Program-made: the position numbers and the translations under genes
Sequence record: NC_041972.1
Strand: one strand, 5' to 3'
Length of the DNA stretch: 64,000 bases
The notes under the pieces: model-generated
Seen by the model: only the letters and a program-made list of their open reading frames with translations
Told to the model about the DNA's origin: nothing
Database searches by the model: none
Part shown: positions 46,973 through 55,772 of the stretch, in pieces
How the letters are laid out: every line of letters begins with the position of its first letter
Position numbering within the stretch: the stretch's first letter is position 1

Positions 46973-47434
46973 ATGGTAAATCACCTGTGGGGTCAGTTGT
47001 CGGAGCGTGCAATTCGCGCTGCTGCTACTGACCTACGGTTGAAGCCTGTAGAGAGCCTGCCCATGTGTTGGGCAGAGCTCCTCTCCATCGGGATCACCAA
47101 ACCCCTTGGACGCTTTGACGTTCTTACCCATATTGGCCGTCGTCCTGAGCTTCACTATTTAACTGTGTTAGCAGAGGAAGGTGTCCGTTTCATCGATGTG
47201 TTAGCGGAAGATACTGATGCCCGTCACGCACATCGCGCTCGAGCAAACGCAGTCTGCTATTATGACAAAGATCAGAAGCCGCAACTGTGTTGGTTATACC
47301 TCTCCCGTGGTGAGTTAACGGAGGGGAATTTTAGTCGTGCTGTGCGTGAAGGTATTCATCGTGTCGCTGGGAAGTTCCCGGAGGACACCAACACTCACTT
47401 CTGTGATCTATCGGGATTGACCCATGCTAAGTAA
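46973..47434 (+). CDS. Hypothetical protein, 153 aa
   Basis: AAGGA SD. Confidence 0.8.
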   Translation: MVNHLWGQLSERAIRAAATDLRLKPVESLPMCWAELLSIGITKPLGRFDVLTHIGRRPELHYLTVLAEEGVRFIDVLAEDTDARHAHRARANAVCYYDKDQKPQLCWLYLSRGELTEGNFSRAVREGIHRVAGKFPEDTNTHFCDLSGLTHAK

Positions 47435-47549
47435 AAAGATTATGACTGAACTGCGCCGTCGGATTAATAAAGGCAATAAGCCTCAGCAGTCAGGTCGTTT
47501 GACCCATGTTCTTGTAGACAGCAAGTCTACAGGCTTTAAACCACAATAA
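47424..47549 (+). CDS. Possible small basic protein, 41 aa
   Basis: Hand-translated MLSKKIMTELRRRINKGNKPQQSGRL...; fills the gap between two genes. Confidence 0.4.
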   Translation: MLSKKIMTELRRRINKGNKPQQSGRLTHVLVDSKSTGFKPQ

Positions 47550-47566
47550 CGTTTCTCGGTGTCCTC

Positions 47567-48112
47567 ATGACTCAAACACAAAGTTATTCCGTTAATGCCT
47601 TTGACGAAATCGTCATCACCGCTACCCGTCACGCGTCCAACCATATTCACTACCAATTCGCAACCCCTGGGGAAAAATCGGTAGTGATCCATGCGTTTGA
47701 CTCAACCACAGAGCTGACCACCCAGGAGGCCTTTAAACGGGCTTATGCCGAACTGGCACACTGGGTAGGGGTTAAGGCCGGTTATGATCACCTGCAGCGT
47801 AACGATGCCATTCCGTTGCTGATTTCGGTGGCCCGTGATCTGTTTGTTGAGAACATCTTCAAAGACATGAAAGATCTCAGCGGCGAGTTCTTGCACAATG
47901 GCGTGTCTGTCAACTGGAAACGCACGTTGATGATGGATGTGTTACTGACCAGTTTTGAAACCCAGGTAAGTGACCATATCAGCGAAGATGGTTTGGGTGT
48001 TCGGACGTATTCCAAGATCGAGCTGCGCACCCACTCGAAAGAAGACAACCTGTCACCAAGCCTGCAGTACGCGGAATACGCGGGGGTATTTGATCGTGGT
48101 CCAACTCTCTAA
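47567..48112 (+). CDS. Hypothetical protein, 181 aa
   Basis: ORF in a plus-strand operon. Confidence 0.75.
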   Translation: MTQTQSYSVNAFDEIVITATRHASNHIHYQFATPGEKSVVIHAFDSTTELTTQEAFKRAYAELAHWVGVKAGYDHLQRNDAIPLLISVARDLFVENIFKDMKDLSGEFLHNGVSVNWKRTLMMDVLLTSFETQVSDHISEDGLGVRTYSKIELRTHSKEDNLSPSLQYAEYAGVFDRGPTL

Positions 48113-48668
48113 CTTCGCCCATCCTGTTAACGCGGTTAATACGCAGCAACAGTTCGAGCTGTTTACGATCACTACCCTGCAGTTGCATGGCGGGAGTGTT
48201 TTCCATCGGGTGACATTGCCTTTGGATGGACACCCTACCGAGATCGCATTGTTTGCCCAGCCCACGAAGATGTCACATGTCGATGTGTTGCGCACGGTGC
48301 ACGATCTGGTGTTTCTGTGGATTCCGCCGGTGACTGATCCGCGGGGGTTAATCATGGGTCATCGTGATTATATCCTCAATCTCTGTAAAGAGACCTTGCG
48401 GGTTGTTGCAGGCGTGGGTAGCTGGCCAGTCCCGGCGTTTAATAAACAGGATGTCACGGATAACGGTGTGCTTCATTTGTTGCGCTACTATGATCCGATA
48501 ATGGATCGTATCATCACTCAGGTGGTTGGTACACCGCCAATGGATCTGGATGATCGGGATATGCGCCAGGATAAGCAAGGGGCAGGGCTTGTCGCCTTCT
48601 CACCCTCTTGGCTTGACCCAGGGCCTTTCACGGCACAGGATCACAACTACGGCGTTGCGGATGCATAA
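48096..48668 (+). CDS. Hypothetical protein, about 190 aa
   Basis: GTG 48096 after a GGGGGT SD; the track start of 47970 overlaps the previous gene heavily. Confidence 0.7.
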   Translation: MVQLSNFAHPVNAVNTQQQFELFTITTLQLHGGSVFHRVTLPLDGHPTEIALFAQPTKMSHVDVLRTVHDLVFLWIPPVTDPRGLIMGHRDYILNLCKETLRVVAGVGSWPVPAFNKQDVTDNGVLHLLRYYDPIMDRIITQVVGTPPMDLDDRDMRQDKQGAGLVAFSPSWLDPGPFTAQDHNYGVADA

Positions 48669-48670
48669 AA

Positions 48671-48720
48671 CGGCATAAGAGGAGGAGCAAATGCTCCTCC
48701 TCTGTTTATGCTCTTTTTTT
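48671..48720. terminator. Bidirectional terminator
   Basis: AGAGGAGGAGCA/TGCTCCTCCTCT stem flanked by CGGCATAA and TTTATGCTC, plus a T-tract; convergent genes. Confidence 0.85.
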
Positions 48721-48721
48721 G

Positions 48722-49573
48722 TTATCGTTTGGGGACACTCATCCGAATCGAGCGGTGCTTACGGAGTTTGTCTGACCACGCCGCTGTCTTCTTCCATCGG
48801 GTTTCCAGGAAGTCGGTGTAGTTGTCCACCGCATCAGCATAGCTTTCAATGGTGTCTTTAAACGCTCCGAGTTCCACGCCACCCACTAACGCCCCTTGGT
48901 CAACAGGAATACGCAGACGTTGATAGATGTAGGCTTTCACCGCATAGTTCACCAACTGTGAGAACCGAGTGTAAGCCCGGACCGGGATGTTGGTCATCTC
49001 TGAGTCGTTTGAGACAATGCAACGCAGGGTCAACATGTTCGTGATCATTTGGGTTTCATAGATCGCTACCATGTTCTGACCAATCAAGGCTACGTTGGTC
49101 ATCTGAATCTCAGGAGCCGGGGAGTAAGACTGCAGCATCTGCTGCATGCCCTGGGTGATCGCCCCGTTACTGCACCCCATGTTCATTCCGCCGGTATACC
49201 CGCCAATCCCTGCGCCACCGGGTACGCCAAATAACGCATCGGGGTAACCGTACATCAAGGAGAGAATCGAGGTGATCACTCGCCCGCCGGTTAACGACTT
49301 CGGTACCCGAAAGACCGTGGTGAAGTTATCGGGTTGAACATACTCCACATCCCGTAAGGGTATGATGACTTCTACCCCACCCACGACGTCACAATCACGA
49401 CGCACTTTGGCATCGATCACTTTCGTACGGATGGCTTCATTAAGTGAAGTGTTGAGAACCTGACGAACGCCAGTGTGGTAGTAAGCAACATCATTGGTCA
49501 TGAACGCTGCTCTTAACAAACTGGGATCAAAGTTCCACATCACGTCATTAATGGCATGATCTATCGCGCTCAT
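48722..49573 (-). CDS. Hypothetical protein, possibly virion-associated, 283 aa
   Basis: Long ORF divergent from phuZ; GGTG SD. Confidence 0.7.
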   Translation of the reverse strand: MSAIDHAINDVMWNFDPSLLRAAFMTNDVAYYHTGVRQVLNTSLNEAIRTKVIDAKVRRDCDVVGGVEVIIPLRDVEYVQPDNFTTVFRVPKSLTGGRVITSILSLMYGYPDALFGVPGGAGIGGYTGGMNMGCSNGAITQGMQQMLQSYSPAPEIQMTNVALIGQNMVAIYETQMITNMLTLRCIVSNDSEMTNIPVRAYTRFSQLVNYAVKAYIYQRLRIPVDQGALVGGVELGAFKDTIESYADAVDNYTDFLETRWKKTAAWSDKLRKHRSIRMSVPKR

Positions 49574-49661
49574 AATCGCACCTTTGTTACATTCTACATG
49601 GATGTATGTATATATGTTGAAAAACTGATCTCATAGAATTTAACCAACGGAGCAATATCAC

Positions 49662-50636
49662 ATGTCAAAACGTTTAACCCGCATCTACGCTTGTGGCGGT
49701 GCTGCCATCAACATCACCGCGGCGCAGAAGGACCAGCACGATCAACTGGGCTTCTCTGACCTCAGCGTATCACGTATCGATACTTCGGATAAGAACATCA
49801 AACCAGGCATGTCACCGAACAGCGTCTACATCCTGGAAAACGCAGACGGTTCTGGTAAAGAGCGTAAGCACAACTACAAAGCGATCGTGGCCTCACTCGA
49901 ACAGATCCTGGCGATGCACAAACCGGGCGATTACAACATCGTCATGATGTCAGCCTCAGGCGGTTCTGGTTCGGTCATCGGTCCGGTAATCATTGGCGAA
50001 CTGCTGAAGCGTAAGATCCCAGTGGTTGCGCTGGTTGTGGGTACCATCGGTTCTGAAACTGAAACGCAGAACTCCATCAATACCCTGAAGTCCCTGGCCG
50101 GTGTCTCTGAAGCTCAGAAAGCCCCACTGGTGATGTCATACTTCCCGGTGAACCAGCACTTCGATCAGCGTGAAGTGGACAAGCAAGTCCTGACCACCAT
50201 GACGCTGTTGCTCAACCTGTTCGACTCGAAGAACATCGAAATCGATTACAAAGATATCGTGAACTTCCTGAACTACACCAACATCCGTAACACCCGCCCT
50301 GGCCTGGTTGGCCTCGAAACGTACAACGACGACGAACTGCAGACCATCGCTGGTACCTCGCCGTTGTCCATGGCGTCAGTGTTCAAAGATGATAACCGTC
50401 CGTTCCTGCCGGTTACCCCGGACTACCATGCCACCGGTACCCGTGACCAGGACATGAAAGATGAGCGTATGCAGTTCAATGCGCACTATGTCATTACCTC
50501 GGCGCCGGTTAAAATGGCGTTTGAAGATCTGAACAAACGTATGAAGCAGATCACTGATCAGCAACATACTCGCGGCCAGAACTTCAACCTGCTGGGTGAT
50601 GGCGACCAGGGTGACGATAACGGGATGTTCCTGTAA
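49662..50636 (+). CDS. phuZ: Phage tubulin PhuZ
   Basis: IYACGGAAINI (T1 loop), SGGSGSVIG (tubulin signature), acidic C-terminal DDNGMFL tail. Confidence 0.95.
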   Translation: MSKRLTRIYACGGAAINITAAQKDQHDQLGFSDLSVSRIDTSDKNIKPGMSPNSVYILENADGSGKERKHNYKAIVASLEQILAMHKPGDYNIVMMSASGGSGSVIGPVIIGELLKRKIPVVALVVGTIGSETETQNSINTLKSLAGVSEAQKAPLVMSYFPVNQHFDQREVDKQVLTTMTLLLNLFDSKNIEIDYKDIVNFLNYTNIRNTRPGLVGLETYNDDELQTIAGTSPLSMASVFKDDNRPFLPVTPDYHATGTRDQDMKDERMQFNAHYVITSAPVKMAFEDLNKRMKQITDQQHTRGQNFNLLGDGDQGDDNGMFL

Positions 50637-50782
50637 TCCACTGAGCCTCTCTATTATATGTAACCGCTGCTGCAACACTCCTCTGTCTGGGTTTTCTGTA
50701 TTCCTTTTACCAGAGATGAGTGAAGCGTTACATTTCTTCCGTGACCATGGCTGCTAGCGGGAGAGGCTGTTTAAAGAGCGAA

Positions 50783-50818
50783 TCCCCTCCACCAAAACGG
50801 TGGAGGGGTTATGCCGTC
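50783..50818 (+). terminator. Hairpin + TTATGCCG
   Basis: CCCCTCCACC-AAAAC-GGTGGAGGGG then TTATGCCGTC. Confidence 0.7.
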
Positions 50819-50938
50819 AAAAATAATTCAAACCTACATTATAATCACGAGCAGTACCAATTACTTTCGTACATTAACGTACTATTATTTAGGGCATAGC
50901 CCTTTTATAGTTGGATGTATGACTAGGAGCTTAACACC

Positions 50939-52228
50939 GTGAACTACAGCACAGACAATTTTATTATCGACGTTGGTCAGTATATTCCAACCATCATGTT
51001 TCGCGCACCGTACCTGAACGGTAAGCCATTAACCCACGAACAAACGTATTGTATTTTCGCTGCCATCCACGATGAAATCTTTAATGAGACATTCCCGTGG
51101 GCCCACATTAACAACAGTTTAGAAACCGCCTTATCAACGGTGTATGCAGACTACCCTTTATTTACTCTTGGTGAACCACGCTATTGGCGTTTTGGAAATA
51201 ACGGCTATGAGATCTATCGCCCAACCCAAAATGGCTTTAATTACATGGATGCTCCGCATGGACGTTTACCGCAGAACCCACCACGTGGTTCGATCTTTAA
51301 GATTGCCGGCGGACGGGTCTATGCAGAGTGGTTAAGCGCGTTTGTCACGAACACCTTGTTTGGTATTCGTAACCGACTCCACGACGAACTGCTCCGTTTC
51401 GTCGGTACGGCTGCGGATTACGAATGGCACTTTGAGTATGTGTCAAACGGAATTTTCTATACCAAAGTTTCTAAGAACCCATTAGTTACCCAACCAGTGC
51501 ATGTCAAGCTCCAGGCGCTGACTGAAGCTGAGCAGATACAACAGGCGATTTCAGATCTTCCAGATGTTCGTCAACCAACCGTAGGGAATGCGGTGGCGGT
51601 GAATCTGGATATTCGTGCACACAGCAGTCTCGAACGTATCCCTGAAGTTTGTGGTTATCTGCAACAGCTGATCATGCATGCGCAACAACATCATGCACCA
51701 CTTGAAGTGAAGGTGATCTATCACAGCAAAACCTACTACGATAAAGTGGTCAGCTTTGCGCGTGGGTTTATTGAACAATATCAATTGCCAGTGAAACTCG
51801 CCTTCAAAGAGCAATGGGTGGATTTGCAACAAGCTCACCCAATCTCCCTGGGCGCTGTATCGGTATCTTCTGACATCCCTAGCATTAAAGATATAGAGCG
51901 TGACCACGATCGTCTGCGTGAAATCCGTACCCAGCTGATTCGTAATAACGCCCTCAGTCCCTGGTTGACACAAGAACTGTTGGCAATTGCACCAGGCTTG
52001 TTTAGTAAGAAGATCTCCGATGAAGAGATGTTCACCGCCATGATGACAACGGACTGGGGAGTAAACAACAAAGGCCGGCGGGTAGATGCCACTCGACTGA
52101 ACCCGATGGTGATTGGGGCAGTAATCTCCATTGATCGTCAGTTAGAAGGGGAAGCATTGCCACAGGTTACCCAGCCACAACACCAACTTCACGTGTTACA
52201 TGAGATCAACTGGAATAATGTGCGATGA
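50939..52228 (+). CDS. Hypothetical protein, 429 aa
   Basis: AGGAG SD; CTACATTAT motif at 50834. Confidence 0.85.
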   Translation: MNYSTDNFIIDVGQYIPTIMFRAPYLNGKPLTHEQTYCIFAAIHDEIFNETFPWAHINNSLETALSTVYADYPLFTLGEPRYWRFGNNGYEIYRPTQNGFNYMDAPHGRLPQNPPRGSIFKIAGGRVYAEWLSAFVTNTLFGIRNRLHDELLRFVGTAADYEWHFEYVSNGIFYTKVSKNPLVTQPVHVKLQALTEAEQIQQAISDLPDVRQPTVGNAVAVNLDIRAHSSLERIPEVCGYLQQLIMHAQQHHAPLEVKVIYHSKTYYDKVVSFARGFIEQYQLPVKLAFKEQWVDLQQAHPISLGAVSVSSDIPSIKDIERDHDRLREIRTQLIRNNALSPWLTQELLAIAPGLFSKKISDEEMFTAMMTTDWGVNNKGRRVDATRLNPMVIGAVISIDRQLEGEALPQVTQPQHQLHVLHEINWNNVR

Positions 52229-52581
52229 ATGCCAATGTGCTTCTGATCGATCTTAAACCGATAGTCTATCAGTGGTTCACACCAGAACAAGCCAATGACA
52301 GTGACTTGCACATGGCAATAGATGATCTGGCCACCTGGGCAACCAGCACGGCGGTGGAACAGGAATGCGACACCGACCTGATTGGCCCGACCTTCTTCCT
52401 GGTCAACTCAGGTTGGCAGCATGACCAATTGCAAGCCATGATCGATACAATGGCCAAAGTAGTAAGAACGATCTACCTGACCCAGTCCACTCCCGAATGG
52501 CGTAGCGCCGGGGTGAAACGTATTCAGGTAGATCAATTCTATCTGATGACCGTTAAGCTGGGGATTGATCCATATGTCTGA
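52225..52581 (+). CDS. Hypothetical protein, 118 aa (paralog array)
   Basis: ATGA overlap; N-terminus MNANVLLIDLKP. Confidence 0.75.
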   Translation: MNANVLLIDLKPIVYQWFTPEQANDSDLHMAIDDLATWATSTAVEQECDTDLIGPTFFLVNSGWQHDQLQAMIDTMAKVVRTIYLTQSTPEWRSAGVKRIQVDQFYLMTVKLGIDPYV

Positions 52582-52936
52582 AGTCCTGTCCCGAACCAAA
52601 GCCATCGTCCCGTGCGGTGAGCTGCTCGGGTCTTTGAAACGCCACCCTGGCGTGGGTGATGAAGCAGCCCATGCTTTTATCACCGCCGGGGCGGTACATT
52701 TATTCCACGACCGTTATGTTGATCCCATCCTCAGTGTAGATGACCTGGCGTTAATTGGGGAGACCCGGGCCAGCGTCTTGACCGGTTTAGCGTACGAGTG
52801 GTTGCATGATCAGTTCACGATCATTCACAACGACATCAAACGACACGTCAAGCACTTTGACGAGTTGCGTGCCGACGACTACAGCTGGGAGGGGGATTGC
52901 ATACATCTTGACTTGTCGCTTTACGATGAGGACTAA
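52574..52936 (+). CDS. Hypothetical protein, 120 aa
   Basis: GGGGA SD; overlaps the upstream stop. Confidence 0.75.
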   Translation: MSEVLSRTKAIVPCGELLGSLKRHPGVGDEAAHAFITAGAVHLFHDRYVDPILSVDDLALIGETRASVLTGLAYEWLHDQFTIIHNDIKRHVKHFDELRADDYSWEGDCIHLDLSLYDED

Positions 52937-52939
52937 CCT

Positions 52940-53524
52940 ATGCAGCAGCAGGAACTTACAGTACACCCGTTTTCACCCGCTTTTATTCCCCAGCCTATAC
53001 ACACACCGTTTATAGTGGATATGCCAGACTTAATATCATGGCTGAAGACGCCAGTCAAGGGAGATCCTAATGACCCTGACCGGATTGATACCACCAGTAT
53101 CTATGTTCCACCGGAGGTTGAAATGAAACCCGTCGCTATCATCGATTTGTTCGGTTTATCCTGGACAAACCACGGCGGGTTACTAACCATGTTCTCGCAG
53201 GTAAACCTGTTTGATCTGTTTGTCGAAGTGATCCACAAATCCCTGGGTCAGCCATCTTACAACCTGTATCTGTTGAACGAATGGATTGAGGCGATGATGG
53301 GTGTGGGCGATTACTTCGATCCTGAGACCAACCTCCCACAACCGTCAATGGAAGAAGTCATGGTGATGCAGGATGCATTGATGCGGATGTTCTGTGACTT
53401 CGTGGTTAACAACCAGAGCTTTATCATGAAAGTGCTTCAGCCGCTGTTGGTGAACCAGGCTGTGGATACGATCAGTCTGCAGCAATTAAAAGCAGGTGGC
53501 AGTATTGTCGTTAATTTAGGGTGA
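52940..53524 (+). CDS. Hypothetical protein, 194 aa
   Basis: GAGGA SD. Confidence 0.8.
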   Translation: MQQQELTVHPFSPAFIPQPIHTPFIVDMPDLISWLKTPVKGDPNDPDRIDTTSIYVPPEVEMKPVAIIDLFGLSWTNHGGLLTMFSQVNLFDLFVEVIHKSLGQPSYNLYLLNEWIEAMMGVGDYFDPETNLPQPSMEEVMVMQDALMRMFCDFVVNNQSFIMKVLQPLLVNQAVDTISLQQLKAGGSIVVNLG

Positions 53525-53532
53525 GGTAAGAA

Positions 53533-53916
53533 ATGAATACGCTTGTCGTATTAGACCTGAAACCCAGTTGGGTATATCTTCGGGCGTGTTATGACCGCAG
53601 TACGGCTAATACCCTGATGATTCCCTTCGACCGTTTTCTGGAGATTGTCTTAGAAGCGTACACGGCCGAGTTAAATAAACCGGGGAGTTCGGATGTGATC
53701 TTGGAAGCCCTGGTTGACTTTGGCGAGCTCCAACCGATGATCGACCAATCGGATATGGTGAAGCGCGAGATCTGTATGGCATCCAATGTCATCGACGAGC
53801 AGCTGACCTATGCGATGGCTGGCTATTTTGGCGTGGAGTATTTAGGCGGGGTATCACAGATGCGGATTACCCCACATCGAACCTTAGAAGTGTATTACGG
53901 TAAGGAGGTCACATGA
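53533..53916 (+). CDS. Hypothetical protein, 127 aa (paralog array)
   Basis: GAGGT SD; N-terminus MNTLVVLDLKP. Confidence 0.8.
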   Translation: MNTLVVLDLKPSWVYLRACYDRSTANTLMIPFDRFLEIVLEAYTAELNKPGSSDVILEALVDFGELQPMIDQSDMVKREICMASNVIDEQLTYAMAGYFGVEYLGGVSQMRITPHRTLEVYYGKEVT

Positions 53917-54341
53917 GCATTACCCGCGTGTCGTTGATCTTCAATATCATGCCGGATGCCGAAAAGCGAATGTATGAAGGTGTGCGAAAAACACTGACGG
54001 ATGTGGGTGAGGTTGACCGCAACACCCTTGTCTATCTGGCACTGAATGAATTAACCCTGGGGCGTACCATCGCACACACCCCAACAATGTCTATGGCGGC
54101 GAAGATCCCGGTGATCTTTCCCCAGCACTCATACACCGCGCATGAAGCCATCAAGCAAGCCGTTATGGTTGTTGCCTCTGAACTGTACAAGGAGTTCTTT
54201 ACCATTCTGGAAGGCGCGCACATGAGTTACCCCGCTGTGCTGTCACAAGCCGGCATCAGTGGGTGTTCGGTGAGCACCATCTTTGACAGTCATGAGGAGC
54301 CACGGCCATGCAACTGGCAGTACTCGAGTTCACCCCAATAA
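53913..54341 (+). CDS. Hypothetical protein, 142 aa
   Basis: AAGGAGG SD; ATGA overlap. Confidence 0.8.
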   Translation: MSITRVSLIFNIMPDAEKRMYEGVRKTLTDVGEVDRNTLVYLALNELTLGRTIAHTPTMSMAAKIPVIFPQHSYTAHEAIKQAVMVVASELYKEFFTILEGAHMSYPAVLSQAGISGCSVSTIFDSHEEPRPCNWQYSSSPQ

Positions 54342-54889
54342 TGCAAGACATCCAGACCACCTTGACCACGATGAGCAACATGGTTGTTAATCATGTGCAA
54401 ATCACTCAAGCGGTCTGCGCTGGGTTTCCCGTGAAAGCCAGTTCAGCCAGTGAGCTGGATGTGTTGATCAGCAATACCCCAGGTTATCTCAGTCAACAGG
54501 ATATCGAGAAGGTGCACCTGTGTGGTGAGCTGATCTTTGATTTCCTGGTTCAGCAACTGCAACCCTATGCAGTGCCTCGGTTGTTGCGTTACGGTTGTCC
54601 TGGCTTTTTCCAAACTCAAGGTTATGTCCTGATGTCGCAATATCACGACGACGCCTTCTTCAAAGAGTTTGTGAACATCCAGGCGAACATCACAACCCAG
54701 CAACTCCCAATCAGGAAACTGATGACATTGGAACAGGTGGTTGAAAGCAGTGAGATGCGGATAGCCGAGCTCAATGCAATGCAGCTTAGCGGGGATAACA
54801 GCGTTGAAGTACATCGGCAAATTGCCAGACATCAAAACTATCTCGATCGGTGCTCCGGTGAGATGGCGAAGATAAGAATAAAACAATAA
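54308..54889 (+). CDS. Hypothetical protein, 193 aa
   Basis: GAGGAG SD. Confidence 0.75.
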   Translation: MQLAVLEFTPIMQDIQTTLTTMSNMVVNHVQITQAVCAGFPVKASSASELDVLISNTPGYLSQQDIEKVHLCGELIFDFLVQQLQPYAVPRLLRYGCPGFFQTQGYVLMSQYHDDAFFKEFVNIQANITTQQLPIRKLMTLEQVVESSEMRIAELNAMQLSGDNSVEVHRQIARHQNYLDRCSGEMAKIRIKQ

Positions 54890-54908
54890 CAGCAAAGAAG
54901 GTTTGCAC

Positions 54909-55211
54909 ATGGTTATCATCGACCGCAATCCAGAGTTTGAACATATCGTGGATGCCATCAAGCACCTGATAGACCCGGACGCGCCTGATGGTGCGTCTGT
55001 TAAAGGCATTAACGATGTCATCGTTGACCTTCTCCACCACTACCACATGCGGTCGAACATTGTTGATATGGACCCGGACATTGCAGCATTGCATGAGCCA
55101 TTTTATGTGGCACTTAACAATCTCTTAATCCGGTATGGTTTTCAAGAAGACCAGATCATCAATTTCATCATCAGTGATAAGCATGCAAACTTTGTGCTCA
55201 TCACAACGTAA
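54909..55211 (+). CDS. Hypothetical protein, 100 aa
   Basis: AAGG SD before ATG 54909. Confidence 0.75.
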   Translation: MVIIDRNPEFEHIVDAIKHLIDPDAPDGASVKGINDVIVDLLHHYHMRSNIVDMDPDIAALHEPFYVALNNLLIRYGFQEDQIINFIISDKHANFVLITT

Positions 55212-55228
55212 CACTTGGGAGTGTGCAC

Positions 55229-55648
55229 GTGTCAAAAAGCTATGCAGATCTCGTCAAGGGCGCGATCGTCGACTTTAATGTGGTGGCGCCAGATATCCTG
55301 GGCGAAGGGTTTACCTCATGTACGGTCAATGGTCGCTTTGATGCCGATACCGCTAACCTGCTTGGGTTGGATGTCCAGGCGAAACACCAGAACCTGTACC
55401 CGCTGGTGAAGCCCCAAGGCATCCCGGATAATCCTGATAGCTACGACTTTATCAAGGTAACCAAAACCAGTGGCGCGCAAGCGATCCTGTGGCTACCCTG
55501 GATTGTCGAATCGACGATCGCCCCGGTCTCTCGTAACAAGATCAATGTGGTGATTGAAGACGTGGGATCAAAAGACATCGCTGTGGTTAAAGCCGCACTG
55601 GAGTCTAACGGTTATCTGAATGCAGTGGTTACCCTGATTGACAATTAA
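55229..55648 (+). CDS. Hypothetical protein, 139 aa
   Basis: GGGAG SD before GTG 55229; last gene before a terminator and the DNA polymerase. Confidence 0.8.
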   Translation: MSKSYADLVKGAIVDFNVVAPDILGEGFTSCTVNGRFDADTANLLGLDVQAKHQNLYPLVKPQGIPDNPDSYDFIKVTKTSGAQAILWLPWIVESTIAPVSRNKINVVIEDVGSKDIAVVKAALESNGYLNAVVTLIDN

Positions 55649-55772
55649 TAATAAACGCCTGTGGGTTTCCACAGGCTTTATGACCCACTTCTTTTTTTTT
55701 GTTATCAACTATTTCCTTACATGGATCGTCTAATCATTTAGAGAGTTAAGCCAGCGCTAAGGATATCCTGCC

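Noticed and set aside
54443-55094. Minus-strand ORFs of 192 and 102 aa
   Set aside because: They overlap a well-supported, translationally coupled plus-strand operon.
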